From the human T2T-CHM13v2.0 reference genome, Homo sapiens, in NCBI RefSeq assembly GCF_009914755.1, contig NC_060928.1: DNA of 64,000 bases; one strand, written 5' to 3'. Below are positions 26,898-40,965 of the stretch, one piece after another. Position 1 is the first letter of the stretch. Each line of letters begins with the position of its first letter. The notes below the pieces were generated by a model. The model saw nothing but the letters and a program-made list of their open reading frames with translations, was not told the origin of the DNA and did no database searches. The position numbers and the translations under genes are program-made.

Positions 26898-28306
26898 AGA
26901 TGTAGTTTCTATTTTCCTGACTGAACCCTAATACTTAGTATATCAACAAAAATACACTCTGCTGCAAGTATCAGATACCCAACTATTGGTGGATTAAACC
27001 ATAAGGTCATTTACAATTTACTCAAGAAAAGGCCTAGAGCCTTTGGTTTAGTTTCTCAACAAAAGATCTTCTTGCAAAAGATCCAACTTCTGTCTTCCTA
27101 CTCTGCCATCTATGGATGGTTGTCTTTTCATCCTCATGCTTGTTACCTCATGGTAGCAAGATGGCTGCTTTTGTTCCAGACATCATGGCTACATTCAAAG
27201 GCAGAAAGTCAGCATCTCTTCTTCCTTGGCTCTCAGAACTTCTTCCTTGGCTTGCTCTTACTCTCTTTCTCAAAATTTCCTCAACAGACTTTCCTTTACA
27301 TCTCATTGGCCCGAACTAAAACAATGGTCACACCTAGCTGCAAGAGAGGCTGGTAAATTTAATCCTTAGCAAAGGAGGATGGGATTACCATGATGGGCTA
27401 GGTCAATCATCATTCTACCCCTGGGACTCTATCTACTACTACCTGAAAGAAAAATCAGAGATCTCTCCTCAATGGAGAGCAGGGAAGGGGTATCAGGAGT
27501 GGGATTGCAGCTGAGAAAACACTTCTGCATCTACCCGCTGGCCTTGACTGCCTTCCTTGCCCCTGGCAGATGCATTGGCACTTAGCTTGCTTCCAAGTTT
27601 CCTTATCCATGGTTTGCTGGAACCTCTGGGTCCAACCCACGCAGCTCAGGAAAGCAGAGTGAGAAACAAACCCTGGCCCTCCTGGTGCTCCACATGCAGG
27701 CCACTGGACAGGCCTGAGCTCCAGGGCTTCTGGGCCTCTCCATCTGGGCTTGGCTTCCACACTGCTGGCTGAAGGCTCACTTTCTCTTCCCCCAAGTTCT
27801 GTCTCTCCACGTGTACCCTGGGTTGTGAGGCAGAAGAGAAACCCAGCTCTTTAGAAAATTCACAGTCTAACCAGCAGCCTGTGTCCCTTTCTTCCTGTGA
27901 CTGCCTGTTTTCTGGCCTATGTTAAATAGTGAAATGAAGGAATTTAGAAAAAAAGCAATTTCTCTCCCTTCAGGGCTTGGTTTTTTCAAAACAAAAGAGG
28001 GCAGGAAGCTGGAAAGCACCACCTCAGGCTTGTGTGGTAGCCAGCTCCCCTTCCCTCCTCTGCTTCTCATCATCGCTCCAGAGCCGCGTTGGGGCCTGCA
28101 GCCTCCCCTGAGTCCTGACTACCCAGTGGAAAAGGTGCAAGCTCTGTGTGCTCTAGTACACTTGTGCCTGTCTGGATATTCCTAGAGCTACCCACTCCAG
28201 CCATGGCTGCTGGGAATGGAAAAGCTACGTGACCTGTTCAATCTCTCTCTAGTGCCATTTTTCTCCCACAACCACTGTCCCCCACCCCCCAGGGACAGAA
28301 GGAAGG

Positions 28307-28715
28307 TGATACAGTGATGTGTGTCCCTGCCCAAATCTCATGCTGAAATGGAATCCCCATTGTTGAAGGTGGGGCCTGGTGGGAGGTGATTGGATAATGG
28401 AGGTGGATTTCTTATGAATGGTTTAGCACAATTTTGATGGTGCTGTCCTCATGATAGTGAACTCTCCAGAGATCTGGTCATTTAAAAGTGTGGCACCTCC
28501 ACCTCCTTGCTCTTGCTTTCACCATGTGAGATGCCCACTCCCTCTTCGCCTTCCACCATGATTGTAAGTTTCCTGAGGCCTCCCAGAAGGCAAGCAGATC
28601 CTAGCATCATGCTCCCTGTACAGCCTGCAGAACCGTGACCCAGTTAAACCCCTTTCTTTAGAAATTACCCAGTCTCAGGTATTGCCTTATAGCAATGCGA
28701 AAATGACCCAATACA
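28307..28715 (+). mobile_element. MSTB-like solo LTR
   Basis: cccaaatctcatgctgaaat...ggggcctggtgggaggtgattgg...cccagtctcaggtattgccttatagcaatg. Confidence 0.8.
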
Positions 28716-28764
28716 GATAATAAGGGATTTCCATTCCCTTTATATTTTCTTTTTCTTAATTTGT

Positions 28765-29050
28765 AACTTAATATGTAACTTATATGTAACTAAATACATA
28801 TACACAGATATACTATATATACCATGTACATATTTTATGTATATGCATATTATGTGTATATGTAATATGTGTATATAACATATGGATTATATATTACAAT
28901 ATATAATTGCACGCATGCAGGTATACTAAATTGCATATATACAGGTAAATTATATATACAATGTACATATTTTATGTATATTATATATTATAATATGTGT
29001 ATATGTAATATGTGTAATAACATATGGATTATATATTATGTATAATAATT
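28765..29050. repeat. AT-rich low-complexity tract with an internal ~137-bp-period duplication
   Basis: tgtacatattttatgtatat...taacatatggattatatatta occurs at ~28825 and ~28962. Confidence 0.8.
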
Positions 29051-29093
29051 CTAATAATGAGCCTTCCTTTGTTCCAGGCACAGGTCTACATTC

Positions 29094-29384
29094 TTTTTTT
29101 TTTTTTTTGACACAGAGTCTTGCTCTGTCACCCAGGCTGAAGTGCATGGCGCGATCTCGGTTCACTGCAACCTCTGCCTCCCGGGTTCAAGCAATTCTGC
29201 CTCAGCCTCCTGAGTAGCTGGGATTACAGGCCTGCACCATCACGCCCGGCTAATTTTTGTATTTTTAGTAAAGAGGGGGTTTCACCATGTTGGCTAGGCC
29301 GGTCTGGAACTCCTCACCTCGTGATCTGCCCGCCTCAGCCTCCCAAAGTGCTGGGATTACAGGCGTGAGCCTCCGTGCCCGGCC
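29094..29384 (-). mobile_element. Alu (AluS-like)
   Basis: Full antisense Alu with TSD aggtctacattcttt. Confidence 0.95.
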
Positions 29385-29549
29385 AGGTCTACATTCTTTG
29401 CATATTACCTCACTCCATCTCCCCAGCAGCCCGGAGAGTTGCCCAAGGCCACGCAGTCAGTGGGTAAAACAACTGAGATTCTAGTACTGGAAACTACCTG
29501 GTTTGAAAAGTGATCCTAAGGAAAGGGCAGGTGGCCTTTTGCCCTTGGT

Positions 29550-30620
29550 AAATCCGGGAAAGCTTCTTGAAGGTGGGGGTGGGTTCGCTGGTTAAAGGAG
29601 AGGAAGAGTGTCCTCTTGGTGGGAGGTGGCAGAGAAAATAACCCGGAGGAGTGGGCGGTCCTGGGCACAGCCGTTTGCTCTTCGTCTGTCCTCCACTCAT
29701 CTGGCCTTAAGTCAGCAACATCAAGAGCAACTGCATTATCTGGTTCCAGGGCATGATGGTTCCAACGCACATTACCCCCATATGCTGACTGCACCAGCCC
29801 TGCGCTGCTGGAAATGCGCTGGTCTCGGCCTATCAGAGCTCTAGTGAGCGGTTCCGGCGGGTTATCAGGAAGCATTACTTCCCGCCTAGGCATTCAATGA
29901 ATTGCATAAATGCCATCCACTGTGGCTAAAGGGCTCCTGCTCCATCTGCATCATTTCCGAGGCTGTCATTCGGCGTGACATGTGTGCGCCGGGCCTCTCG
30001 CCGCCATCTGGCAGCCTCTTGGAAATCACAGCTCCCCCTGCACCCCCCATCCCGTGCTCCATCAGGAGCGGGGGCCTGAGCCAAGACCGTGGGTAAAGCA
30101 AGATCGGGACTTAGGCGCGCCTGTGCGGTGACAGCCAGGATTTAGTCGCCTCGATTGCCTTCTGACATGTTCATAGCTCTTCCGGGCGTTACCTCTGCAG
30201 CCGTTGAAGCCGCAGGAGGCAAGAAGCAGAAATTGCATTTTCCACAGTGCACGCTTTGGGAAGGCCCATTCTTCAGGTCTAGAGGCAACTACCTGGGAAG
30301 GTTCCAGCAGCTGCCACTGCCTCCAACGGCCTGCCCTGGCCAACTCCCCCAGGGGCGATGTTGCCCGTCCCAGGCAAGAGGACTGTCACTCGGACAGACA
30401 GAGCAGCAAGAGTGTGCTCTCCTCTGCGGCCACTGAGTAGGCAAATGGAAGTCCTCCCCTGAGAATCCTGAAAAATCCCAAGAGAATTTCGCATTTTACG
30501 GACAACTTAGCCACGAACATTCCCACGGCGGCAGGGGTACGGACACATCAGCAGCCACACTCAGCCAGTTCTCTAAATCCCGCAGACCAAAGAATGTTCT
30601 CCCACAGCGAGATTACACAA
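29550..30620. promoter_or_regulatory. CpG-enriched non-repeat region, candidate CTCF/enhancer element
   Basis: CpG raised against the background; CTCF/YY1-like CTGCCAGATGGCGGCG (minus) at 29999-30014. Confidence 0.5.
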
Positions 30621-31947
30621 GAACCAGGGAGAGAGATTTCGCCTCCTGACACCAGAACAGAGGGGCTGATGTGAGGGTGTAAAGGGCAGGGAGGGTGCTG
30701 GACTAACGGGTTATTTGTTTTGATGCTAACCCTAAATCCCCCTTCTCTGTTTCACTCTAATATCTACTAGGTAGGTGTTGCCCCGAGCCATGGCTCCCAA
30801 GTTTCGCCATGTCAAGGAATTTCCTGATGGATGTGGCAGGACCTGCCCAATCTCAGGAGCTCCGATCCACTTGCTTTGTGGTGAAGACAGGAAAATGCAT
30901 TTTTAGTAAGTATTCATTCAGGGCTCTCTTGCAGGTGGTTCTCAGCTGTAGGTTAAGAAACCACGGCCACTGCACAGAGTCCCTTCCTCCTTCATGGAAT
31001 CTCTCCCTGAGGGGTGAGGCAAGGATGCCAACCGCAAATGCAGTGAGGGAGTGTCTGCCTCATTGAGGGAGGTCTCACTGCTCCGCGCTTCCTCCTTTCC
31101 ACCTTAGACACTGTGTCCGCTCCCAGGACACGCCCTCTGTAACCCACGCCATGGGGGGACTCTCATTTTCCTGTGTTCTCCCTCCCACAGCATTGTTTCT
31201 TTCCAAAGGTGGGCGCCGACCATGTAAGATAACACGTCAAGTCTCCATGTGGCCAGCAGCAGAAACAATGACATATTTCTCTGCATGTCCTTGGGAGCCT
31301 AGCAGGGTGACAGGCTTTACAGACATTCTTAAGCAACGGCATTACATATTTATTAAGTACTTCCCTTACTTCAGGCTCTGGGCTAGCTGCTGGTAAAGAA
31401 AAGAAAGAAAGGAGACGAATAATTTTAACTCAAATTGATAAATGGAGCTTTAAGTATAAAGCATCGAACCTATTTGATTGGCAGAGATTGAAATAAAGGA
31501 GAAGACCCAGTTGCGGTGGAGCAAGGAGGAACTCCGACAACGTATGGAGGACCGTTAAGTGGGCAGGACTGTTCTGGAAGGCAAGGGGGCAATGTGTGAC
31601 CAAAATTAAAATGTCTGTTCCCTTTGATCCCAAAATTCTAGTTCTAGGTACTTTTCCTAAGGAGATAACAGAACGAGGACATGAAGCTGTTTGCTTGAGT
31701 TATTCCCCAAACATCTATGGAGAACCTACCAGACACAGGGCAGGTGCTAGGTACTAGGCACGGAGTAGAAATGAAACGGCAGGAGGATGTCCGCGAGTGG
31801 ATGGGTGCAGAGAGGATCACTCTGCTGGGGTCTCTGAGAGCAAAAAAGTGGCAACAACCTAAGAGTCCATCCATGGGTGTCTGAGTCCATTTATTTTGAC
31901 ACAGCCATGTAACAGAAAATTAAGCCATCATTTAAAATGTTGATGTG

Positions 31948-32744
<797 letters not shown>

Positions 32745-32984
32745 CTAAGTAAAAAATGCAAATTAGGAAACCAAAAATTCTCATTATGTAAAATTACATA
32801 TAAATGTCTACGTGAGTATATACATAGGAGAAAGGTATCGAAGATGTCATCTGTTAGATGTCAGAATGTTCAAATAATTTGTTTCCAGCACATTCCTCCT
32901 TCTACCTTTCTGTTTTTGAATTTTCTACAACAGCATGGAGCCGGAATGCAAACATTATCTTTGCAAGCAGAACAAATGAATGAA

Positions 32985-33215
32985 CGAGCAAAAGAAAGAA
33001 AGAAAGAAGAGAAAGTGAGAGAAAGAGAGAAAGAAGAAAGAAGGAGAGAAAAAAGAAAGAGAGAAAGAAAGAAGAGGAGAAAGAAGGAAAAGGGAGAAAG
33101 AAAGAAACGAAAAAAGAAAGAAAGAAAGAAAAGAAAAGAAAGAAAGAAAGAAAGAAAGAAAGAGAGAAAGAAAAGAAAAGAAAAGAAAAGAAAAGAAAAG
33201 AAAAGAAAGAGAAAG
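32985..33215. repeat. Purine-rich (GAAA)n/(GAAAA)n tract
   Basis: About 230 bp of almost pure A/G. Confidence 0.95.
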
Positions 33216-34577
33216 CAAAACAGCACCAAAGCCCAACCAGGATGCTAACAGCCTCAGAGGATGAAGCAGCCTCTTGGGAATCCTGATACTCCTCACACTG
33301 CCTCGCGTGCTATTTGCCCTGCAGGATTTCAGTTCACAGAGGTTAGGAGTGGGGCTGACACATGGTGGGGATCTGATAACTGTTTGTCCCTTTGTTGTGG
33401 CTGCTGTCCTCCTGCTGTGTTCTGAGATGAAACACTTGTACCCCAGAAAGACTCATGGGTCTCCTGTAACCTGACAAGTGCTCCATGACCTTCCTGGGCT
33501 TCTGTCTTCCAACGTGAGAATCTCAGAGGCTGGGACTGCCATCTGACAATATGTATCATCAACCCCGGGCCCAACGCCAGGCTGGGATTTGGCCAGCTGG
33601 CCCTGGGCCTGGGTTGTTCTTTCTTATCTACTGAGGCTTCGTTGAACTGGCCAACTGATGAGGCACAGCTGAGGCAGTGAAATCTTCCCGAGTGATACAT
33701 GTGGCTGTCAGGATTATTCACAGTAGTTTGTGTCCCCTGTCCAAGACCCTTCTCCCCATAGACACCCTTCCAAACCCAGCTCATGACTAATAAACCCATA
33801 CCCAAATTGATCTCACAGCTGTTCTTCAAATGTGGTGCCAGCCCACTCCTCGGAGCCAAGCTGTTTGGACTTCCAGTAAATTGGGGCAATTTCTCATCTG
33901 GGGCTTGTTACTGGTTTCAGAAACTGTTCTCATTCAGCACAGGCTTTTCAGTGGCGACAGTAACATGTCTTGACAAAAACACTGAGTTTGGAGAACTGGT
34001 TTCTCCTACCACCAGACACACTAGCAAAAAGTCCCTGTCTAGCTGCTAATTCATTCAGTTCTTCAATGGATGCATGATTTACTCATGAAAAAGAAAACAG
34101 TGAAGGCCCCCTCCTCATGGCTTTCTTCCAACAAACTCAGGCACGACTTCAAACGGTGTGGCCCAGATAGGGGAGGGAGACAGGAAATTAAACACCAGTT
34201 GACCAAGTCAGTATTAGGCAGCTGGGGAAAGAGGGTGGGGTGGAGGTTATTTGGAATAAGGTGTCAGGTTATCCATGAGGGCAAGATCTGCCAACCACTT
34301 GAAGGCCAGCAGTGGCCAAAGTTCTAGAACCAGTAGCCACAATCGAGGTAGTAACAGTGGTGGGAGAAGTAACAATTGTAACCACAAACATCTGTGTGAA
34401 GCTCTACCCTTTATAAAGCCTGTTTCCATTCATAATCCCATCAGCTGCAGTTAAAAAAGCAGGCTTTTCCTTAGATCCAGAGCACCCAAGGGCCATAAGG
34501 ATCTGTTTATTCATTTATTCATTCATTCACTTATCCACAAAGACTTACTTTTTGCCAAGCACTCCACTAGGTAACTA

Positions 34578-35197
34578 TGTTCACCAACATTCTACAGAGA
34601 AACAGAACCAATAAGATGTGCATATATAAAGGGGGAGGTTTATTTTAAGAATTCACTCACAAAATTATGGAGGCTGGCAAGTCCACATTTTGGAGGGTGG
34701 GCCAGAAAGCTGGAGATCCAGGAAGAGCCAATTTGCAGTTGAATTCAAAGGTCATCTGCTGTCAGAGTGCCTTCTTGCTCATGGGAGGTCAGTCTCTGTT
34801 TTATTCAGGCCTTCAACTGATTGGATGAGGCCCACCCACATTATGGAGGGCAGTTTGCTTTATTCAAAGTTCACTGATTTAAATGTTCATCTCATCCAAA
34901 AACACCCTCACAGAAACATCCAGAAAAATATTTGGCCAAATAGCTGGGCATCATGGCCCAGCTAAGTTGACAGATAACATTTTATTTGCTTATTATCCTT
35001 TTTATTTTTACAAATTGATGGGGTACATGTGCAATTCTGTTACATGCATAAATTGCACAGTGGCCAAGTCAGGGCTTTAAGGGTACGCATCACCCAAATA
35101 ATGTATATTGTAACCATTCATCAATTTCTCTTCATCCTCCCCTCTTCCACCTCCTCACCCTTCCGAGTCTCTATTGCACATAAAATTAACCATCACA
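34578..35197 (-). mobile_element. MLT2 (HERV-L) LTR interrupted by a short L1 3' fragment (~34980-35175)
   Basis: cagagaaacagaaccaata...ttcaactgattggatgaggcccacccaca...aagttgaca [L1] cataaaattaaccatcaca. Confidence 0.8.
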
Positions 35198-36422
35198 ATA
35201 ATGAAGGCACTGAGCTGAATAAACCTAGCCCTATAGAAGGTCATAGGCTTGTAGTGAAAGCAATGGTATGTGCTAGAATAACTGTACAAGATTGAAAGTG
35301 ATGCATGCTATAAAAGACATAGATGAAAGTGCTAGAAACCTGAATGCATTTCCTTTAGTCAGAGGAGGAAGTGAGGGAGCAAAGGGCTTTCTGAGAAAGG
35401 AGGATTTGAGTGGGATCTTGAAGAGTAGGTAGGATTTGGATGGGTGCACATGCACATAGAGGGAGGAACATGACACCAGCTAGACGGACGAGCATAAACA
35501 AAGAGAGATTAGAATCTGTACAGGGAGCATCCAGGAAGTCATTGTACTTATAGGCAGAGGAAATACTGAAAGAATTAAAAAGCAATATGGCAACCAACAG
35601 AGTAGACACAGGCCAATGCACCCTGTTGATGCATACCAGCTAGATATCAGCCTCAGCTATAGCACAGGGTTTTGAACATCTTCTTTCCCATCCCACTCCT
35701 GTAATAAGTGGTCTTATTTATTTGCACAGTTATCACTAATAATGGGTGAGCCAGGTTGTAGGAGGCAAGCATTACGGTGCTTGCCCCAGCATCCACTAAA
35801 CCCAACTGTGGTTTCCCTCCCCAATCTCCAGCCCATACTCTTCAGTTTGTACTTCATCACTGGCTCTAGATGGGCCATGTGATGCAGTCCTAAGCCAGTC
35901 AGAGCCTCACACGCTCACTGCCAGGGAGATTGGTCAAGAACAATGACACCACTGGAGCCAATTATACACTGCAAGGCTATTGCGGTATTTTCACTCTTCT
36001 GCTCTCATCCTGAATACAAGAGGTGATAGGAGTGGAGCCACGGTCCTGTGTTCAGTTTGAGACTGAAGCCCAATACATTCATGGGCAGAGCAGAGAAACA
36101 GAGAAGATGGGTCCTGGTTACTTCGAATCCAGCCCACAGCACAGGGAGGAGGCTGTGAGACAGACAGCATGAGTCCAAATCCACAAGCACCTGGCAGTGC
36201 TTCAAAACCATGATAATCATCTTAACATCCAATGTTTATTAAGCACTTACCATGTATCAAGCACTAACATTGTATTTAATCCTTTCAACCTTCAAAGGTA
36301 GTTACTATGATCTCTCATTTTATAGCTGAGAAAACTGCCTCAAAAAAAAAAATTTAAGAAACATTCTCAAGGGCCCCCTCACAAGTCAGCAGTGAAATCA
36401 AGTTTCAAGCCCAGGTCTCTCA

Positions 36423-36963
<541 letters not shown>

Positions 36964-39621
36964 CTAGAGATCTGGGTCACTGGGTCTGGGGTGGGGGCCC
37001 AGACACCAGATTTTTTTCAGTGCTCCCAAAGTACTACAAATGGGCAGCCAGGATCAAGAGCCACTGGTCAAATCACATGGGATGAAGCTCTTATTTCTGT
37101 AAAGCAGTTTCAGGCATTTGTACAAAAACCATGTGACACTGACCTCCCAAACTCCCAGCAGCTTGGGGCGACCCCATGTTTCAGTAAACACCTCCCTTTA
37201 GATTACCTACACAATCTCGGCCAGCTCCTGATGGATGGAACTGAGATCTGACTTAAAGGAAGTGAGTGAGGGGTGAGGAATGGACTAGATGAGAAGAAGA
37301 GAAGCTCTCTTTTTTATTTGGCCTATCATTTTTAGAAAACACACTTTATAGTACTATGAAGGAACAGAAAGCAGCTGCTTTGGGAAACTCTGGGGGATGT
37401 CAGCTCCTGGCTTGTCACGGTTATGATCCATGTTCTGTTCCACTCCACTTACAAGAACAAATTTCCCCATGAAATGCCGGGTACAGTGTACACAGCTGGG
37501 CCCACCACACACACCGCAGCAAGGGCCAGGAAAGGGCCTGGCTGAGATAGGGCACGAGCCAGCCTTCCTCATCCTGGGGCCAGTTGGTTTTGTAGTTGTT
37601 GGAGGAGGGGAAGGGAGTTATTTGGTTTTTTTCCCAGAGGTTGGATGAATATAATCATTCAGGAGTTCCTCTCTGAACATTCTTCCTTGCTTTAAAAAAA
37701 AAAAAAAAAAAAAAAAAGCCTGGACTGCAATTTTGTCTTTATGGCCTTTCCCAGGAGATCGGCTTTTATTTCAAAAGTAAAACCCCAGCACAAAGGGTAA
37801 GGAAGCTTGCAAACCTTTTGAGGATGGCTGTATAGCAAAAGCTTTCATGAGAATGCTTCTGCAAGTCCTGTATTATCAGGAAAACGGCTTTTGCACTTGT
37901 TCTCAAAAATCTCCAGGTTCCTTCTGATTTTATGATTCTGAGTCTCTTGGTTCTAACACAGTGCTGGGCACATAGTTGATATTAAGCATGAAAATGGTGG
38001 TTTTTTGTTTTGTTTTGTTTTGTTTTGTTTCGTTTTGTTTTGTGTGTGAAAAAACATGAGCAGAAAAGAACGCCTATTGGCCAACTAGCTTCGTTCTTCA
38101 TCAGCAAGACTCAGGACTTCAGTATCCCCTGAAATGTGAAATGATTACCAAATGGCTTGAATTTTGATGATACATTTCACCACTGGAGTGAAATTTAAGA
38201 AAAAAAATGCAAATACAAAATTATCCTATGTTTGTTGTTAGTATTTTAATGTGTTTCTACAAACAAACAAGAAAACATTAAAACTATATTCAGAGGGGTG
38301 GGGAGGGAGAGGAGATTCGATCCAGTGCTGGGAAGGATGTTATCCATTTCTAAAAGGCAACAGGGAGACCTTTGAACCCAGGACTCAACTCTTAAGACCT
38401 TCCTTTCAAACTGATTGTTACTCAACATCCTTTGCCTACAACCAAAGACAAATCGACCTATCTGTGCCAGATCACACTTCTCCTTCCTGTCCAAAAGGAT
38501 AATGTGAGGGTCTCTGATAACATCTCACAAGATCAAGGTCCACCTGGTCTGGAGCATTTTGCAAATCCATATTAACCACATCCCAAAAGAGCCAGTGAGC
38601 CCATGAGAGTCCTGGGTGATTTTTACTCTTTTCTTCTACCAGTGTGCCAAACTGCCTAACAATTTTATAAGGGATTAACACCCTCCCATCTGGAACTTCT
38701 GCAATTTACCATTTTTTCCTTAAAAGGGAACTAAAAAAGCTCTTTCCATCGCCGGCTCTCTCATGCCACTGCCATACCTCGTGGTTCCTCAGGGAATACT
38801 CACAGCAGTTCCATGGCCATATCAGCAAGTTTTTCAGTGTCCTGGGGTGCAATTTAGCTGAGCTTTGGACATGGATGGTACTAATTTAAAGGAACTAGAC
38901 ATTTTTTCACTGTCCTCCTGGTCCGAAGGATCAGTTTGCTTGTTCCCTAAATAGTTGCTTTAAAGGTAAGCTTCTCTGAAAAAGCTAAAAGCAGACTTAG
39001 TGTGGTTATAGTCTGTTCTGGGCTTCAACACTTGCTGCTTATAGGCTCACAAGGAATCCTTGCAACAACTCTATGCAGTAGGTACAGCTGTTTACCCTCT
39101 CGTGCAGATGAGAAAACTGAAGGACAAAGAGAGTAACTTTTCCAAGGTCACACAGCTCATAAGTGGCAGAGCCGGCCACGCAACCCCCGTCCTGAACCAC
39201 CATGCTACACTGATCTGTTCCTTGTCACTTTTTTTGAGCTTAGCTTGCAAAGTCCTTCATGATTGGCAGGTGGAATTATGGGACATGATTTTCTCTTTTC
39301 TGTTCAAGTGTTTTGCATCAAACAATTGTTTTTAAACCCTTTGAGATAGCTCTAGCGCCCCGACTGACCCCAGCCTTAATGGAACCCGAGCCTTCCTCTA
39401 CCAGACCTGGCCTCCCTGCCTCCTTCAGCCTCCCCCTGGTTGACAGCATCAGTCACGGGGCTGCTGCCTCCTTCACTCTGCAGCGGGAAAGCCCACCCGG
39501 CTCCTTGTCTGCCTCCTGACTCATCCCCTGTCGGTCCTTTTGGGAGCCACAGATCCAATGGAGCTGGATGGTAAGGACCAAAGACTCTCCCCTGGAAGCA
39601 TTGTGACTCCAAGAAAAGACT

Positions 39622-40079
39622 TGATATTATAAGTTGAATTGTGTCCCCTCAAATTCACATGTTGAAGCTCTAACTCCCAGCTCATTAGAATGTGACCTCA
39701 TTTAGAAATAGGGTCATTGCAGATGTAATTAATTAAGATGAGGTCACAGTAGAGTTGAGTGGGCCCAATCCAATAAGACTGGCATCCTTACAGAAAGGGG
39801 AAATTTGAACACAGATCTACACAGAGAACACCACGGGAAGATGAAGGCAGAGATGGGGCAATGCATCTACAAACCAAGGAACACCAAAGACGGCCAGCAA
39901 ACCACCAGGAGCTAGGGAGGGGCATGGAGCAGATGCTGCCTCACAGCCTCAGAAGGAACCAGCTCAGCTGACACGTTGACCTGGGCTTCCAGCCTCCAGA
40001 ATTATGAGGTAATACACTTCTGTTGATTATACCACCCAGTTTGTGGTACTTAGTTACACAGCCCTAGGAAACTAATACA
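39622..40079 (+). mobile_element. MLT1A/B-like LTR
   Basis: gttgaattgtgtcccctcaaattcacatgttgaag...gtttgtggtacttagttacacagccctaggaaactaataca. Confidence 0.85.
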
Positions 40080-40659
40080 CTGAATATCACATGATAAAGA
40101 GGAAAAAAAGAAAATTCCAGTTAACAAAATCCGCCAGCTCTCCTCTTAGATTCCCTTCTTTTGGGAAACCTTTCCAGAGCCCTTGACCGTGGCCCTACAG
40201 AAAAGGGGACTGGCGGAGCTCGCTGGCAGAAGAGAAGGCCAGGACGTGGCGTTGAGATGGTATGCTGCAGGGATAACATGCTAGTGTGTTTATTTGTGGT
40301 GCCTTTGGTGGAAAGCTTGTGAGGCTGGGAGGAAATAAAGGCACCTCCGAGGTCCCCGTTAGGCTCCATCCTGCCCCGAGTCTGGGTAAGGTGCTCCTTC
40401 CACGTGTTTCCTGCCTTAGCTCCTTAGGCTTCCCCCATCCTCCCTCCCATCGCATGGCCTGAAGATCGTCTCTTTCCTTGTTGGCTCCCCAGCTAGACTC
40501 ACCCTCAGGACCAGACTAAGGTCAGGAGATGCCCACTGGCTCCCCATTGTATCTGCATGGCCAAGCGACATGCCGGGGCCACCGTACACATCTGTTAGGT
40601 GGATGGATCGATCGTGTGTGTATAGGAGGAAAACGAGAGCCAAAGAGCTACGAAGATGA

Positions 40660-40965
40660 AGCCAGGCGTGGTGGCTCATGCCTGTAATTCCAACATTTTG
40701 AGAGGCCAAGGTGGAAGGATAGCTTGAGACCAGGTGTTCAAGACCAGCCTGTGCAACAAAGCAAGACCCCATCTGTACAAAAAGTAAAAAAATAAGCCAG
40801 TTGTAGTGGCATGCATCTACAGTCTCAGTTACTTGGGAGGCTGAGTGGGGAGGATTGCTTGAGCCCAGGAGTTCAAGGTTACAGTGAGCTATGATTGCAA
40901 CACTGCACCCCAGCCTGAGTGACACAGCAAGACTCTGTCTCAAAAAACAACAACAACAAAAACTA
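40660..40965 (+). mobile_element. AluJ
   Basis: Full dimer with an (AAC)n tail. Confidence 0.9.

Noticed and set aside
33329-33889. 186-aa minus-strand ORF and the other intergenic ORFs
   Set aside because: No recognisable domain, homology or splice framework; lengths are compatible with chance in GC-rich DNA.
37694-37717. Isolated poly-A run as the tail of a processed pseudogene
   Set aside because: No upstream mRNA-like body or TSD recognisable.
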